Positions 46,938 to 57,063 of a DNA stretch of 64,000 bases are shown in pieces. Source of the DNA: Candidatus Uhrbacteria bacterium RIFCSPLOWO2_01_FULL_47_17 (GTDB lineage: Bacteria > Patescibacteriota > Patescibacteriia > UBA9934 > GWF2-40-263); contig MGEI01000005.1 of the NCBI GenBank assembly GCA_001791305.1, forward strand, positions 146,698-210,697. Direction: 5' to 3'. Each line of letters starts with the position of its first letter. Within the stretch, counting starts at the first letter, position 1. The notes beneath the pieces were generated by a model, which worked only from the letters and a program-made list of their open reading frames with translations, ran no database searches and was not told where the DNA came from. The position numbers and the translations under genes are program-made.

Positions 46938-48256
46938 TGCTTCTCGTTATCGCTTTGCTCACCATCTTTACATTTCTTACCTGGCGAAATCTCGAAACAG
47001 GTATTCTTTTGTTGTGTGCGTTGCTGCCGAGCTACTTGATTCGATTTTCGATCATGGGTGTGCCGACAACGTTTCTTGAAATAATGGCATTGATTGTGAT
47101 TGGGGTGTGGGGGGTGCGTCGATGCATTACGTTGCGCACGGGCGGGTCACGACCCGCCCCTACACAAAATGATCGTATATTGAACATGGCGATCATTTTG
47201 TTGGTTATTGCCGCCACCATCGGCATTTTCATCTCACCCGATAAACTCGCGGCCGTTGGCGTTTGGAAAGCGTTTTATTTGGAACCGGTATTAATGTTTT
47301 TTGTGATTCGGGACGTCATGGGTACCCACAAAGGGCACCCCTACGAATACGCTTCGAAAATTTTTCGTGCCCTCGGCGTCAATGCTCTCCTTGTTTCGCT
47401 CTTCGGCCTCGTTCAATATTTCTTTTCGATCGGAATCCCCACCCCATGGGATCTTGAACGCCGCATCACGAGCATCTTCGACTATCCAAACGCCCTCGTG
47501 CTCTTCCTCGAACCAATCATTGTCATTTCTTGGTTTGAAATAAAAAAAGTCATCCCTGTTATGGGTGGGGTCCCCAGACCCCGCCTCACCACACTCCTGT
47601 TTTGGATTACAGTTTCAATTCTTGCAACCATCAACGTCTTCCTCGCACAGTCTGAAGCCGGAATTGCGGCACTCATCGTCACAGCTCTTTGTATCCTGGT
47701 TGCCTCGAAACGCACGCGAAAATATGCTCTCGCTTCAATCGTCATTATCAGTGCACTCGTCTTCGCGATCCCAACCTCTCGCACATATCTTGTTGAGAAA
47801 CTCACCTTCCAAGATTCATCCGAACAAGTTCGACTCTCACAATGGAAAGAAACAATCGAGCTTCTCAAGGATCACTCAATCATGGGCGTCGGTCTCTCGG
47901 GCTATCCGATCGCGCTCAAGCCGTATCACCACGATTTACAATACGAAATTTTCCAGTACCCGCATAACATCGTGTTGAACATTTGGGTTGAATTGGGACT
48001 ACTTGGACTCGTCGCGGTTGGATTGCTTGCGTTTCGATTGGGTTATATTGCGTATATGTGGGCGGGTCATGACCCGCCCCTACAGATACGGATGCAACAC
48101 ATAATGTTCTGTGCGATTTTTTTTGAAATAATTTTGCATGGCCTCGTTGATGTTCCCTATTTCAAAAACGACCTTGCGATGATGGTGTGGGTATTGATTG
48201 CGTGCATGATGGTGATGAATCGCGGATCGATATATGAACAAAAAAACCAAGGCTGA
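46934..48256 (+). CDS. O-antigen ligase/polymerase (Wzy_C) family protein containing in-frame REP-like palindromes
   Basis: RITSIFDYPN, R..QW, GVGL, YPHN..L..WVELG. Confidence 0.85.
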   Translation: MMLLVIALLTIFTFLTWRNLETGILLLCALLPSYLIRFSIMGVPTTFLEIMALIVIGVWGVRRCITLRTGGSRPAPTQNDRILNMAIILLVIAATIGIFISPDKLAAVGVWKAFYLEPVLMFFVIRDVMGTHKGHPYEYASKIFRALGVNALLVSLFGLVQYFFSIGIPTPWDLERRITSIFDYPNALVLFLEPIIVISWFEIKKVIPVMGGVPRPRLTTLLFWITVSILATINVFLAQSEAGIAALIVTALCILVASKRTRKYALASIVIISALVFAIPTSRTYLVEKLTFQDSSEQVRLSQWKETIELLKDHSIMGVGLSGYPIALKPYHHDLQYEIFQYPHNIVLNIWVELGLLGLVAVGLLAFRLGYIAYMWAGHDPPLQIRMQHIMFCAIFFEIILHGLVDVPYFKNDLAMMVWVLIACMMVMNRGSIYEQKNQG

Positions 48257-48902
48257 AGCCTCGGGCTACAAAAAATATATGTCCGTATTCAATCGATCTA
48301 TCAAAACCAATCCAACTGGCAAACCCTCTCTGGGATATTTCCCTTTGCTTCTTGGGCTTATTGTTATTGGAACCATTGGCCTCCAAATTTATAATCGCGT
48401 TCCAACTGCGCCGAGCACACCGATTTTGCTCAAAACCTCGGACATGATTCAGCTTACGCGTTTCGAAGAGATTGCGAATCGTACACAAACCCCCGTCACA
48501 CTTCCTGAAAAACTCTTTGGGAGTTCGCTGTATCTTATTGGCATTTACCCGAGCGCCGTAAAAGACTGGCCTGCAAACTCGGTGTCCTTAGTCTTTGTCA
48601 AAGACAACGCCCGCTTTGTGGAAATGGACGTCCTTCCAAACGTCTCTCTCGAAAAAGTCACACCGCAATACACAGCTTATCCACAAGAAACCATCGCAAT
48701 TGGGGATAACCAAAAAGGACTCCTTATTCATGTGCGAAGCGGCTTTGATTGCACCTCGCCGAAGCCGAACACGGTTCCGGCTATGTGTCTGATTACAAAT
48801 ATGTTGTTATTCGAAAAGAACGGAACCCTCATACAACTCTCCTCAGACGGCAATCACATCACACAAGGTGAGTTGATTGAAATGGCACGATCGATTAAAT
48901 AA
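48234..48902 (+). CDS. Hypothetical membrane-anchored protein
   Basis: Single TM; C-terminal ELIEMARSI; start may be downstream at 48279. Confidence 0.65.
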   Translation: MNKKTKAEASGYKKYMSVFNRSIKTNPTGKPSLGYFPLLLGLIVIGTIGLQIYNRVPTAPSTPILLKTSDMIQLTRFEEIANRTQTPVTLPEKLFGSSLYLIGIYPSAVKDWPANSVSLVFVKDNARFVEMDVLPNVSLEKVTPQYTAYPQETIAIGDNQKGLLIHVRSGFDCTSPKPNTVPAMCLITNMLLFEKNGTLIQLSSDGNHITQGELIEMARSIK

Positions 48903-48940
48903 ACAAAAACACCGAAGTGTTCGGTGCAAGCAAAGAAAGG

Positions 48941-49162
48941 CTAGCCTTCGTCTTCGTCGTCGTTTGGAAAATCTTCCGAAAAAGAAAGTTCGCGTTCGGA
49001 CGGATCGTCCTCGTCCTCTTCTTCGTCTTCGTCGCCATCCGCATCTTTTTCAAGATCTTCCGGCTCATCAAACTCAGAATCAGGCTTTATGTCTCCCCCA
49101 TCTTCAAATTCGTTTTCTACCACCTCATCGTCATCTTCAAATTTGTCGCGGGTTTTCACCAT
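48941..49162 (-). CDS. Highly acidic small protein (73 aa)
   Basis: More than half Asp/Glu; GAGGAGGT SD. Confidence 0.7.
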   Translation of the reverse strand: MVKTRDKFEDDDEVVENEFEDGGDIKPDSEFDEPEDLEKDADGDEDEEEDEDDPSERELSFSEDFPNDDEDEG

Positions 49163-49260
49163 GTTTTACCTCCTCATGGACGAGATACATTTAGCACAAG
49201 GAACGAAAAAGGTCAACGGGTCTAAACCAAAAACCACCGATAAAATGGTGGTTTTGTAGG

Positions 49261-49863
49261 TTAAATTTTTGACTCTTTTGAGCTTGCCAAACGCCTTGCG
49301 CGCTCTTTTGCCTCTTGAATCATGCGCGTTGCTTCCGCCGAAACGCCATTCTGCGCTTCGATTTTTTCTACACGCTCTGAAACAGCTCTGCGAATGACAT
49401 TTGGCTGACGACGAAGTTCTGTTCTGTGTGTCTCGTTGGCTCGCTTCCCTACATAACTCAGCTCACCAACTCTTGCTCTTAATCCCTCATCTCCTCGCGT
49501 GGCTTGCAGTCGAGCACGCTTCAAAAGGGCATGTTCAACATCACCAGGGATTCCTTTTGCTTTTAAATCTGCTTCCATGATTCGAGTTTTTTCTTGACCT
49601 TCATTTTTACTTTTCTTCAGATCGGCTTGTGCTTGTTCAAAAGCAGGAACGCGAACTTCTCTTTCTTGTCGACGCGCATGAGCAGATTCCTGCACAATCC
49701 TCTTTACTTCTTCACGACGTACTTGATCCGTTATTTTTGCTTTTGCCTGTTTTTCCACCTTCGCTCGATTCAAACCTCCTGGATATTCTGTGTATTCCTT
49801 CTTTGGTTGATCTTTTCCATTATCAACTTGTGGAGGGATATACTCTCGAAGTTCGCGCAACAT
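49261..49863 (-). CDS. Hypothetical charged helical protein
   Basis: 200-aa ORF followed by a terminator-like hairpin. Confidence 0.65.
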   Translation of the reverse strand: MLRELREYIPPQVDNGKDQPKKEYTEYPGGLNRAKVEKQAKAKITDQVRREEVKRIVQESAHARRQEREVRVPAFEQAQADLKKSKNEGQEKTRIMEADLKAKGIPGDVEHALLKRARLQATRGDEGLRARVGELSYVGKRANETHRTELRRQPNVIRRAVSERVEKIEAQNGVSAEATRMIQEAKERARRLASSKESKI

Positions 49864-49875
49864 ATGATGAAATCA

Positions 49876-50082
49876 TTACTTTTTCTTCCATTCTATCTTA
49901 GAGAAGACAAATATGTACAGAATCTCGAGGATCCCAACGGTATTAATGACAAGCAACGCCACAAACCAGTACACATCTTTCTTTTGCGCGGCCTTCCAAA
50001 GGGCGACGCCTTTCCACGGAAGCGACCAGAGGGTGAGGGCGGCAATGGCCCAGACAGGCATGCCGTTCAAGAGTTGATTCAT
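49876..50082 (-). CDS. DUF5652-like small membrane protein
   Basis: WSLPWKGVALWKAA..WF..L..NTVGILEILYIF. Confidence 0.8.
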   Translation of the reverse strand: MNQLLNGMPVWAIAALTLWSLPWKGVALWKAAQKKDVYWFVALLVINTVGILEILYIFVFSKIEWKKK

Positions 50083-50097
50083 AAAAAATTCTACCCA

Positions 50098-51354
50098 CTA
50101 AAAAACAAACAACGCGATCCCTGCTGCAGCCATCACGACCGTGATAAAAATTCCGAGGATGTTTGAGAGTGGCTTGTTTGTATGCGCTCCCATAATCTTT
50201 TTGTTGTTCGAGATACACAAAATAAATACGAGAAGGAGTGGTGCGGCGAGTCCGTTCAAGACGGCGGTGTAATAGAGCATTTGAAATGGTGGAATACCGA
50301 TGAAGCTTACAATGAGTCCAATCAACATGGCAACAATCATGACGCCGTAAAAGCCGCGTGCATCGCGAAATTTTTTCTCAAGTCCTCCGCTCCAACCAAA
50401 TGCTTCGGACACGGCGAAGGATGCGGATCCTGCAAGAATTGGGACAGCGAGCATACCGGTTCCGACAATGCCGAGGGCAAAAAGAAGATAGGCAAAATCT
50501 CCGACAAGTGGACGCAAGGCTTGTGCTGCCTCGGTTGCGGTTTCGATCGTCACAGGACCATTCGCTCCAATAGTGGAGGCAACGGTCACCATAATGAAAA
50601 ACATGATGAGGTTTGAAAACAGCATGCCGATGCCTGTGTCGATCCACAAATCTTTAAAATCCTGCTTGCTGAGTTTTGGTTTTCCGATCCCAAATCCTAA
50701 AATCTTATTGTGTGTGATTTCCTCTTCCACTTCTTCATCTGCCTGCCAAAAAAATAAGTAAGGAGAAATAGTCGTTCCCAAAATCGCGACAAGGTTCATG
50801 ATAGAAACCTTATCGAACACCAACGAGGGGGTGAACGTCGCATGAGCAATCACGCTCCAGTCTTGTTTCACTGCAAACGCCGCAAGGACGTAGGCAAACA
50901 AAGAAAGCGTGAGGTATTTTAAAAACTTTGCGTATGCTGGATATGGAACCAACACCTGAAGCGTGAGCGAGATAACAGTCACAAGAATGAGCCAAAATAC
51001 GAACGGGAGGCCAAAAACCAGATTCATCGCCGATGCCATCGCACCAAGGTCTGCGCCAATGTTCACAATGTTTGCGCCGAGCAATAAAACGAGCGCAATC
51101 GCTAACATTTTTTTCGAATAAAATTTTCGCATCACGCCGGAGAGTCCATTTCCTGTGACGGTTCCAATACGTCCACACATTTCTTGCACAACAAGCATGA
51201 GCGGAAACGTAAAAAACGCAACCCATAAGTGGGAATATCCGAACATCGCTCCTGTTTGTGAATACGTTGCAATCCCAGATGGGTCATCATCCGCAGCACC
51301 AGTAATAAATCCCGGACCAAGACGCTGCCAAATCGATTTCTTTTTTTCTTTCAT
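50098..51354 (-). CDS. NRAMP-family divalent cation transporter
   Basis: LGPGFITGAADDDPSGIATYSQ, GTTISPYLFFWQ. Confidence 0.88.
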   Translation of the reverse strand: MKEKKKSIWQRLGPGFITGAADDDPSGIATYSQTGAMFGYSHLWVAFFTFPLMLVVQEMCGRIGTVTGNGLSGVMRKFYSKKMLAIALVLLLGANIVNIGADLGAMASAMNLVFGLPFVFWLILVTVISLTLQVLVPYPAYAKFLKYLTLSLFAYVLAAFAVKQDWSVIAHATFTPSLVFDKVSIMNLVAILGTTISPYLFFWQADEEVEEEITHNKILGFGIGKPKLSKQDFKDLWIDTGIGMLFSNLIMFFIMVTVASTIGANGPVTIETATEAAQALRPLVGDFAYLLFALGIVGTGMLAVPILAGSASFAVSEAFGWSGGLEKKFRDARGFYGVMIVAMLIGLIVSFIGIPPFQMLYYTAVLNGLAAPLLLVFILCISNNKKIMGAHTNKPLSNILGIFITVVMAAAGIALFVF

Positions 51355-51404
51355 AACCCACACAGTATAACAAAAAATCCTCACCTATGTGAGGATCTCT
51401 TTTT

Positions 51405-52904
51405 CTAAAATCCCGGAAAGTAATCCGTCTTGATCTGTTTCTTTGGAACACCCATGGACTTTACGAGCTTCACGTAGTTCTCCACCATCATGGGAGGCCC
51501 TGAAAAATAGAATAGGCGTGTGAGATAATCTGGCGCTTCTTTCTCTATAACCTCTCGTGTGAGATACCCGCTCATGCCCGTCCATGTTGGCGACGGTTTT
51601 CCCACAACATAACTCGTGCACACGCCAATTTTGCTACACCATTCGGTAAACTCGTTTTTGTAAGCGAAGTCTGATTCTGTGTTTGCGCAATAAAACAGAT
51701 GGACATCGCGCGTTCCGCCTGTTTTCGCAAGCTCACGGATCATGCTGCGAAATGGCGTCACACCAATGCCTCCCGCGATCCAAACCATTTTTTGTGATGG
51801 ATCTTTTGGCGTGGTGAATTCGCCCGCAAGATGAGAAGCTACAAGATCATCGCCTTGTTTCAGTTCGAGCAACTGTTTTTTAAATGCGCTTGCATGCGCG
51901 CGATCGAGTCGTACACCAAGATGGACTTCCTCATCGGATGGCGCGGACGCAATCGTAAAGTAACGACGATTTCCGCGGCTGTCTGGCGTTTTAAGCGGAA
52001 GTGTCCACTCAAGGTATTGTCCGGGTTGAAAATGTAATTTTTTGTCGGGAGTAAACGCAAAGTCACACACCTGTTCTGTTTCGCACGTCATGGATTTGAA
52101 TTTCAGACGCACAACTTCACGCGGACTTGTACAAAACGCAAAGATATTTCCAAGAACAAGGGCGAGTTCAGGCGTCATGGTGATAAATCCGAAGTCGAGA
52201 AGCGATGTAAACAAGGCTCCCACAATGACGCCGAACATGATCTGCTCACGCTTTAAGGCCGGAGCGGTGCGTGGCTCTGTGAGCATGAGCATGCCAAAAA
52301 ACACGAGTGGCCAGGAAAGAAAGAGGGATAAAACAGGAATTCCCTTAAGCATTCCAACGGCGATTGCGGCAAGGGCGAACGCCCCGACTTCTTCAAATCT
52401 GCGAATTTTGCGCACGACCATGAGTCCGAGGACAAGAACAAATGGAAGAAGGGTTGGAGTCGCAATCCACCAGAGGACGCTCGTCACACCGAGAAGACCG
52501 AGGATCACAGCACTGATCGCAACCGGGTTAAACATGTGTCGACGTCCAATCGCAAACACATATTTGGATGCTTGTGCAATGATCGCCGCAAGCGCGAGCA
52601 TGCTTATGTGATACAGACTCGAAACGTTTGGATCTAAAACAAAAAACAAGAGCAAGGCGGTGATGTATACGGATTCGAAGTTCACGGCCGCACGCGTGAG
52701 CTTGCCAAACAACATGTTTGAAAAATGAGACGCGACCGTCAAAATCAAAAACGACGCGATCATGTGAACAGGCGAATACGAGATCCATCCAAGAGCCGCA
52801 AAAAGAATCGCAATACCCGCAAGCGCAAAAAGGCCATTCAACATGAGCCGGTACATGGTGATGTTGTTGAGAAAGGCGTCGAGGTGTTTGAGGAGAAAGG
52901 TCAT
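51405..52904 (-). CDS. RnfD/NqrB-like membrane domain fused to ferredoxin-NAD(P) reductase (FNR) domain
   Basis: HMFNPV, MLTEPRT; RRYFTIAS, IAGGIGVTPFRS, SGPP. Confidence 0.85.
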   Translation of the reverse strand: MTFLLKHLDAFLNNITMYRLMLNGLFALAGIAILFAALGWISYSPVHMIASFLILTVASHFSNMLFGKLTRAAVNFESVYITALLLFFVLDPNVSSLYHISMLALAAIIAQASKYVFAIGRRHMFNPVAISAVILGLLGVTSVLWWIATPTLLPFVLVLGLMVVRKIRRFEEVGAFALAAIAVGMLKGIPVLSLFLSWPLVFFGMLMLTEPRTAPALKREQIMFGVIVGALFTSLLDFGFITMTPELALVLGNIFAFCTSPREVVRLKFKSMTCETEQVCDFAFTPDKKLHFQPGQYLEWTLPLKTPDSRGNRRYFTIASAPSDEEVHLGVRLDRAHASAFKKQLLELKQGDDLVASHLAGEFTTPKDPSQKMVWIAGGIGVTPFRSMIRELAKTGGTRDVHLFYCANTESDFAYKNEFTEWCSKIGVCTSYVVGKPSPTWTGMSGYLTREVIEKEAPDYLTRLFYFSGPPMMVENYVKLVKSMGVPKKQIKTDYFPGF

Positions 52905-52936
52905 AAAAGTTTGAAATGTCGGAAAGGTCTGAAATG

Positions 52937-53797
52937 TTAGGAGAAAATTTCCGCGTTGAATTTGCTCGATGCTCGCATAGTTAAATCCGCATACACAATC
53001 AAGTACTCGAATGCGAATTCTTTTTCGAGAATCTCGGGCTCGACGAAGAAAAGACATGTTGTGAGTGCGTCTGCGAGAAGCCCAGTCTTTGCAATCACCC
53101 ACACCGCCGCAATGTGACGTGGAGACTCGAGAGAATGCGGATCAAGAATATGGTGGAACTGATTCCACGCGCGGCGATTCCCCGCCGAACCGCAAATGCT
53201 CTCATTTCCAATATTCGCAACACCGATGGCCAATGTTGAGTCACACGGATGTTCAAGCCCAACGCGAATCATCGATCCGCTCGCATCTTTCTGTAGAATA
53301 TCACCGCCCGCGTTGATCGTAAACGATGTGATCCCTTGATTCTCGAGGAGCCCACCCACAATATCAACGAGGTACCCTTTCCCCGCGGCACCAACGTCGA
53401 TCAGAACGGGTTGTTTAATGGCGAGTCGAGGAAATGCGTACTCAAGCGCGTCTTCCCACTTCGGGGGCGTGCGTAATTGTTTCGTCTCGAGAGAATATGT
53501 TGCATCGTAACCTGCGTCCGATAAAAGATTTCCAATGAGTGGTGTCACAGATCCATTCGTGAGGCGATACAGTTTTTCATAAAGATCAAACAAGGGCTTT
53601 GCATCATCGGGCAATGCATATTCGCCCGTGCGCCTCGACATCTCCGCCACGAGCGAGTCATCTCGAAATCGCGAATAGTGTTTATCGTAAACCGAAATGC
53701 GATCCATCACCAATTTAAAAATATCCGATGTTTGTTCATCGGATATTTTATCGTGTATGTGAATGTTCCAGTGTGTGCCGATGGCATCGAATTCCAT
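52937..53797 (-). CDS. apbE: FAD:protein FMN transferase (ApbE)
   Basis: AIGT, SRF..DS, DVGAAGKGY, NAGGD, HHILDP, ADALTT. Confidence 0.9.
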   Translation of the reverse strand: MEFDAIGTHWNIHIHDKISDEQTSDIFKLVMDRISVYDKHYSRFRDDSLVAEMSRRTGEYALPDDAKPLFDLYEKLYRLTNGSVTPLIGNLLSDAGYDATYSLETKQLRTPPKWEDALEYAFPRLAIKQPVLIDVGAAGKGYLVDIVGGLLENQGITSFTINAGGDILQKDASGSMIRVGLEHPCDSTLAIGVANIGNESICGSAGNRRAWNQFHHILDPHSLESPRHIAAVWVIAKTGLLADALTTCLFFVEPEILEKEFAFEYLIVYADLTMRASSKFNAEIFS

Positions 53798-53805
53798 ATG
53801 GGGAA

Positions 53806-53940
53806 GCACCAAGCAACAAATTCCAAATCACAAATAAATCTCAATAACCAAAATTTCAAATTCTAAACGTTCCCGTTTGCCATTTTGAATTTAGAATTTA
53901 GTATTTGTTTGTAATTTGTTGCTTGTGATTTGGTGCTTTT
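53806..53940. repeat. Inverted array of degenerate ~7-nt repeats
   Basis: aagcaccaagcaacaaattccaaatcacaaat... facing ...atttgttgcttgtgatttggtgctt. Confidence 0.65.
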
Positions 53941-53945
53941 TATGA

Positions 53946-54476
53946 TTATGCCTTCGCTTGTACCTTAATTTTTGCGAGTGCGTCCATAAATCCGACGGGT
54001 GTGAGGGAAGATCCAGAAACAACATCTAATTGAATATCATCCAACTTTTTTCCAACAACTTCCGCTTTTATATTTGAAATAAATCGCGCTTGCCAGTTCT
54101 TTGACGTTGGATTATTTGCATTTCCAGAAACCATGACATCGGTAACGACGTCATCTTTGAGCACAACGGTCACGAGTACAGACTCACTTCCACCAGGGGA
54201 AACGTAATTTCCCGTTGCGCTATATGTTCCGTCCTTATACGAACTTTTTTGTGTTGTGGGTGTAGCTGCAGGTGTATTTGGAGTTGGTGTAGGTTGTTCA
54301 GGGACGGGTGCTGGTTGTGTGTTTTCCGATGGGGTTGTTTGTTCTGTAACGGCGACAAGTTCTTCCTGCACCGCCTCTTCACGACGAGACATCATGAACG
54401 CGATGAGTCCACCAAGCAAGACAATGACGATGATAAGTGCGATCCATTTTTGTGTTGGATTTTTTGAATGTTCCAT
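53946..54476 (-). CDS. Membrane-anchored FMN-binding (flavinylated) protein
   Basis: TM, P/T linker, YKDGTY, VSGSSLT flavinylation-like motif; adjacent to apbE. Confidence 0.85.
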   Translation of the reverse strand: MEHSKNPTQKWIALIIVIVLLGGLIAFMMSRREEAVQEELVAVTEQTTPSENTQPAPVPEQPTPTPNTPAATPTTQKSSYKDGTYSATGNYVSPGGSESVLVTVVLKDDVVTDVMVSGNANNPTSKNWQARFISNIKAEVVGKKLDDIQLDVVSGSSLTPVGFMDALAKIKVQAKA

Positions 54477-54543
54477 AGGAAAATTAAAATAAACAGTGAA
54501 CTCAGTATAACGAGCATTAGCGGCTCTCGCAAGAGATTTAAAA

Positions 54544-57060
54544 TCAAAACCCAAACTTTCGATAAAACACTCGCTTGCCGATCTCGACCATGATCAGATA
54601 AACCAGAATGATTCCCATGAGAGAAAATAGGATTGGGAGCGGAAGTGGAGAGAAGTGAAGGAATGATCCGATGGGTGTATAGGGAATGGTCCACCCAACC
54701 GCCACACACGCAAACGTACTTATGAGTAACCACTTGCTTGGTCGGCTCTGCAGAAATGGAATCTTACGTGTGCGAATGACGTGGACGACAAGAGCTTGGG
54801 TTGCAAGAGATTCGAGAAACCAACCGGTTTGAAACATGGATTGGTTGAGATGAAAAACAGAGAACAGGAGAAAAAACGTGACGAAATCAAACACGGAACT
54901 TATGAGACCAAACGTAAACATATAGTGCTTCAGCCGTTTCATGTCCCATTTCCGAGGCGTTTTGACCCAATCTGCATCCACGTTATCGGATGAAATCGTC
55001 AATTGGGAAACGTCATAAACGAAGTTGTTGAACAGAATCTGAATGGGGAGCATGGGGAGAAACGGAAGATAAAATACGGCCCCAAGAACGGAAAACATGT
55101 TCCCAAAGTTGGAAGAGAGTCCCATCATGATGTATTTCATGGTGTTACCGAAAGATCTTCGACCCTCCACAACTCCTCGCACAATAGACTCGAGACCTTT
55201 TTGGGTGAGAATGATATCCGCGGATTCTTTTGCCACATCCACCGCGGTATTGACCGAGATACCGACGTCCGCGGTTCGAAGGGAGGGCGCATCATTGATT
55301 CCATCTCCCATGTAGCCGACGACGTGCCCGCCGGATCGGAGAGCCATGATCACACGATTTTTCTCATCCGGCGTGAAACGCGCAAAGATGGTTGTCTCTT
55401 CTGCACGTGCTCGTAGCGCATCATCCGTCATGGTTGAAATGTCTTTGCCAAGCAAAATACCTTTAATCGGAAGTCCGATGTCTGTGCAAATCTTTTTTGT
55501 GACGAGTTCGTTATCGCCTGTAATGATTTTAATTTCAATGCCGTACTGCTCGAGTTCAATCAAAACGTTTTTGACGTCTTTCTTTGCCGGATCAAGAAAC
55601 GAAACAAACCCAAGAAATGTGAGATCGGATTCGTCTTCTTTTGTGTATTGTTGTTTCTTGGGAATATCCAAGCGGATTGCGACCGCAAGGACGCGATACC
55701 CATCGCCGCTCTGCGACTCGTAATACGCAAGGGCTTTCGCGGCCGCCTCGCGTGTGAGTGGGGTCGAGGTATTTCCTTGTTGGTACGACGAGCATTTTGC
55801 GATCACTTCTTCCGGCGCGCCTTTTGTGATCAAGGTTAAACCTTGTGGCCCCAAAACGGCCACACTCATAAGCTTGCGCACAAAATCAAATGGAATCTCT
55901 TCCACTTTCTCATACGCATCAATCTCTTGTTGATCAAAATCAAGAACAGCTTTGTCGAGCGGATTTTTGACGCCCGTTTGGTGGAAACTGTTGAGATGTG
56001 TGTAAAGAAGTACGCGATCATCCTTCACACCAAACGCATCCGTAAAATTCACGAGGTGAATTTTATCTTCTGTGAGCGTTCCGGTTTTGTCGGTGCACAG
56101 AACATCCATGCTTCCAAAATTCGGCATGGCGGATAATCGCTTCACAATCACACCATCTTTCGCCATGCGCTCGCTCCCGCGCGCCATGGTGACAGACAAA
56201 ATAACAGGGAGAAGCTCTGGGGTGACACCAACCGCAATCGCAACCGCAAACATGAAGGACTCGAGGATATCGCCGTGCATCAATGCCTGAACGAAAAAAA
56301 TAACCATGACAAGAAACAAGATGATTTTCGAAATAAAAAATCCAAAATGATCGATCCCGATCTCGAAGTCACTCTTTTGGTGCTTTTTTAAAAGCGTCTC
56401 GGCGATTTTTCCAAACTCCGTCTGCTTTCCCGTTGCAAACACAACCGCGCGCGCTGTCCCGCTCACGACAGACGAGCCGAGAAACAAGACGTGACTCGAG
56501 TTGTCGGTCCCAACTCCGCATGGATATTTTTCTTTTGGAAACGATTCTCCGGTGAGCGCAGATTGATTCACGAAAAAATCGTTTGCCTCAAACGCCATCG
56601 CGTCCGCAGGAATCAAATCGCCGGAACTCAAAAACAACACATCGCCAACACACAGTTCAGCGGTCTTTACTTCTTTTTTTTCTCCGGATCGAATAACGGT
56701 TGCGGTCGACGTCACTTTCTCTTTTAATTTCTTTGCGGCGTTTCCCGCACTATGTTCCTCAAAAAAGTCGAGGCATACGCTTGCAAGAATCATGATGATC
56801 ACGATAATCGAATTTGTGACTTGGCCGAAATAAAGCGAGATGACCGTTGCAGCAGACAAAATCAAAATGAGCGGGCTTTTAAAATGCGAGAGAAATTCTA
56901 AAACAATCCCAAGTTCTTTTTTGTCTGAAATCGTGTTTAATCCGTTTTTAAACAAACGACGACGAGCCTCTTCGTCTGATAGTCCATCGATTGACGATTG
57001 CAAATCCGAAAACACCTGTTCCGCAGAACATGCTGAATATGTTTCAAAAAGCTGAGACAT
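54544..57060 (-). CDS. mgtA: Magnesium-translocating P-type ATPase
   Basis: TGES, AVGVTPE, DKTGTLT, TGDN, GDGINDAP, SSNFGN. Confidence 0.93.
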   Translation of the reverse strand: MSQLFETYSACSAEQVFSDLQSSIDGLSDEEARRRLFKNGLNTISDKKELGIVLEFLSHFKSPLILILSAATVISLYFGQVTNSIIVIIMILASVCLDFFEEHSAGNAAKKLKEKVTSTATVIRSGEKKEVKTAELCVGDVLFLSSGDLIPADAMAFEANDFFVNQSALTGESFPKEKYPCGVGTDNSSHVLFLGSSVVSGTARAVVFATGKQTEFGKIAETLLKKHQKSDFEIGIDHFGFFISKIILFLVMVIFFVQALMHGDILESFMFAVAIAVGVTPELLPVILSVTMARGSERMAKDGVIVKRLSAMPNFGSMDVLCTDKTGTLTEDKIHLVNFTDAFGVKDDRVLLYTHLNSFHQTGVKNPLDKAVLDFDQQEIDAYEKVEEIPFDFVRKLMSVAVLGPQGLTLITKGAPEEVIAKCSSYQQGNTSTPLTREAAAKALAYYESQSGDGYRVLAVAIRLDIPKKQQYTKEDESDLTFLGFVSFLDPAKKDVKNVLIELEQYGIEIKIITGDNELVTKKICTDIGLPIKGILLGKDISTMTDDALRARAEETTIFARFTPDEKNRVIMALRSGGHVVGYMGDGINDAPSLRTADVGISVNTAVDVAKESADIILTQKGLESIVRGVVEGRRSFGNTMKYIMMGLSSNFGNMFSVLGAVFYLPFLPMLPIQILFNNFVYDVSQLTISSDNVDADWVKTPRKWDMKRLKHYMFTFGLISSVFDFVTFFLLFSVFHLNQSMFQTGWFLESLATQALVVHVIRTRKIPFLQSRPSKWLLISTFACVAVGWTIPYTPIGSFLHFSPLPLPILFSLMGIILVYLIMVEIGKRVFYRKFGF

Positions 57061-57063
57061 AGA

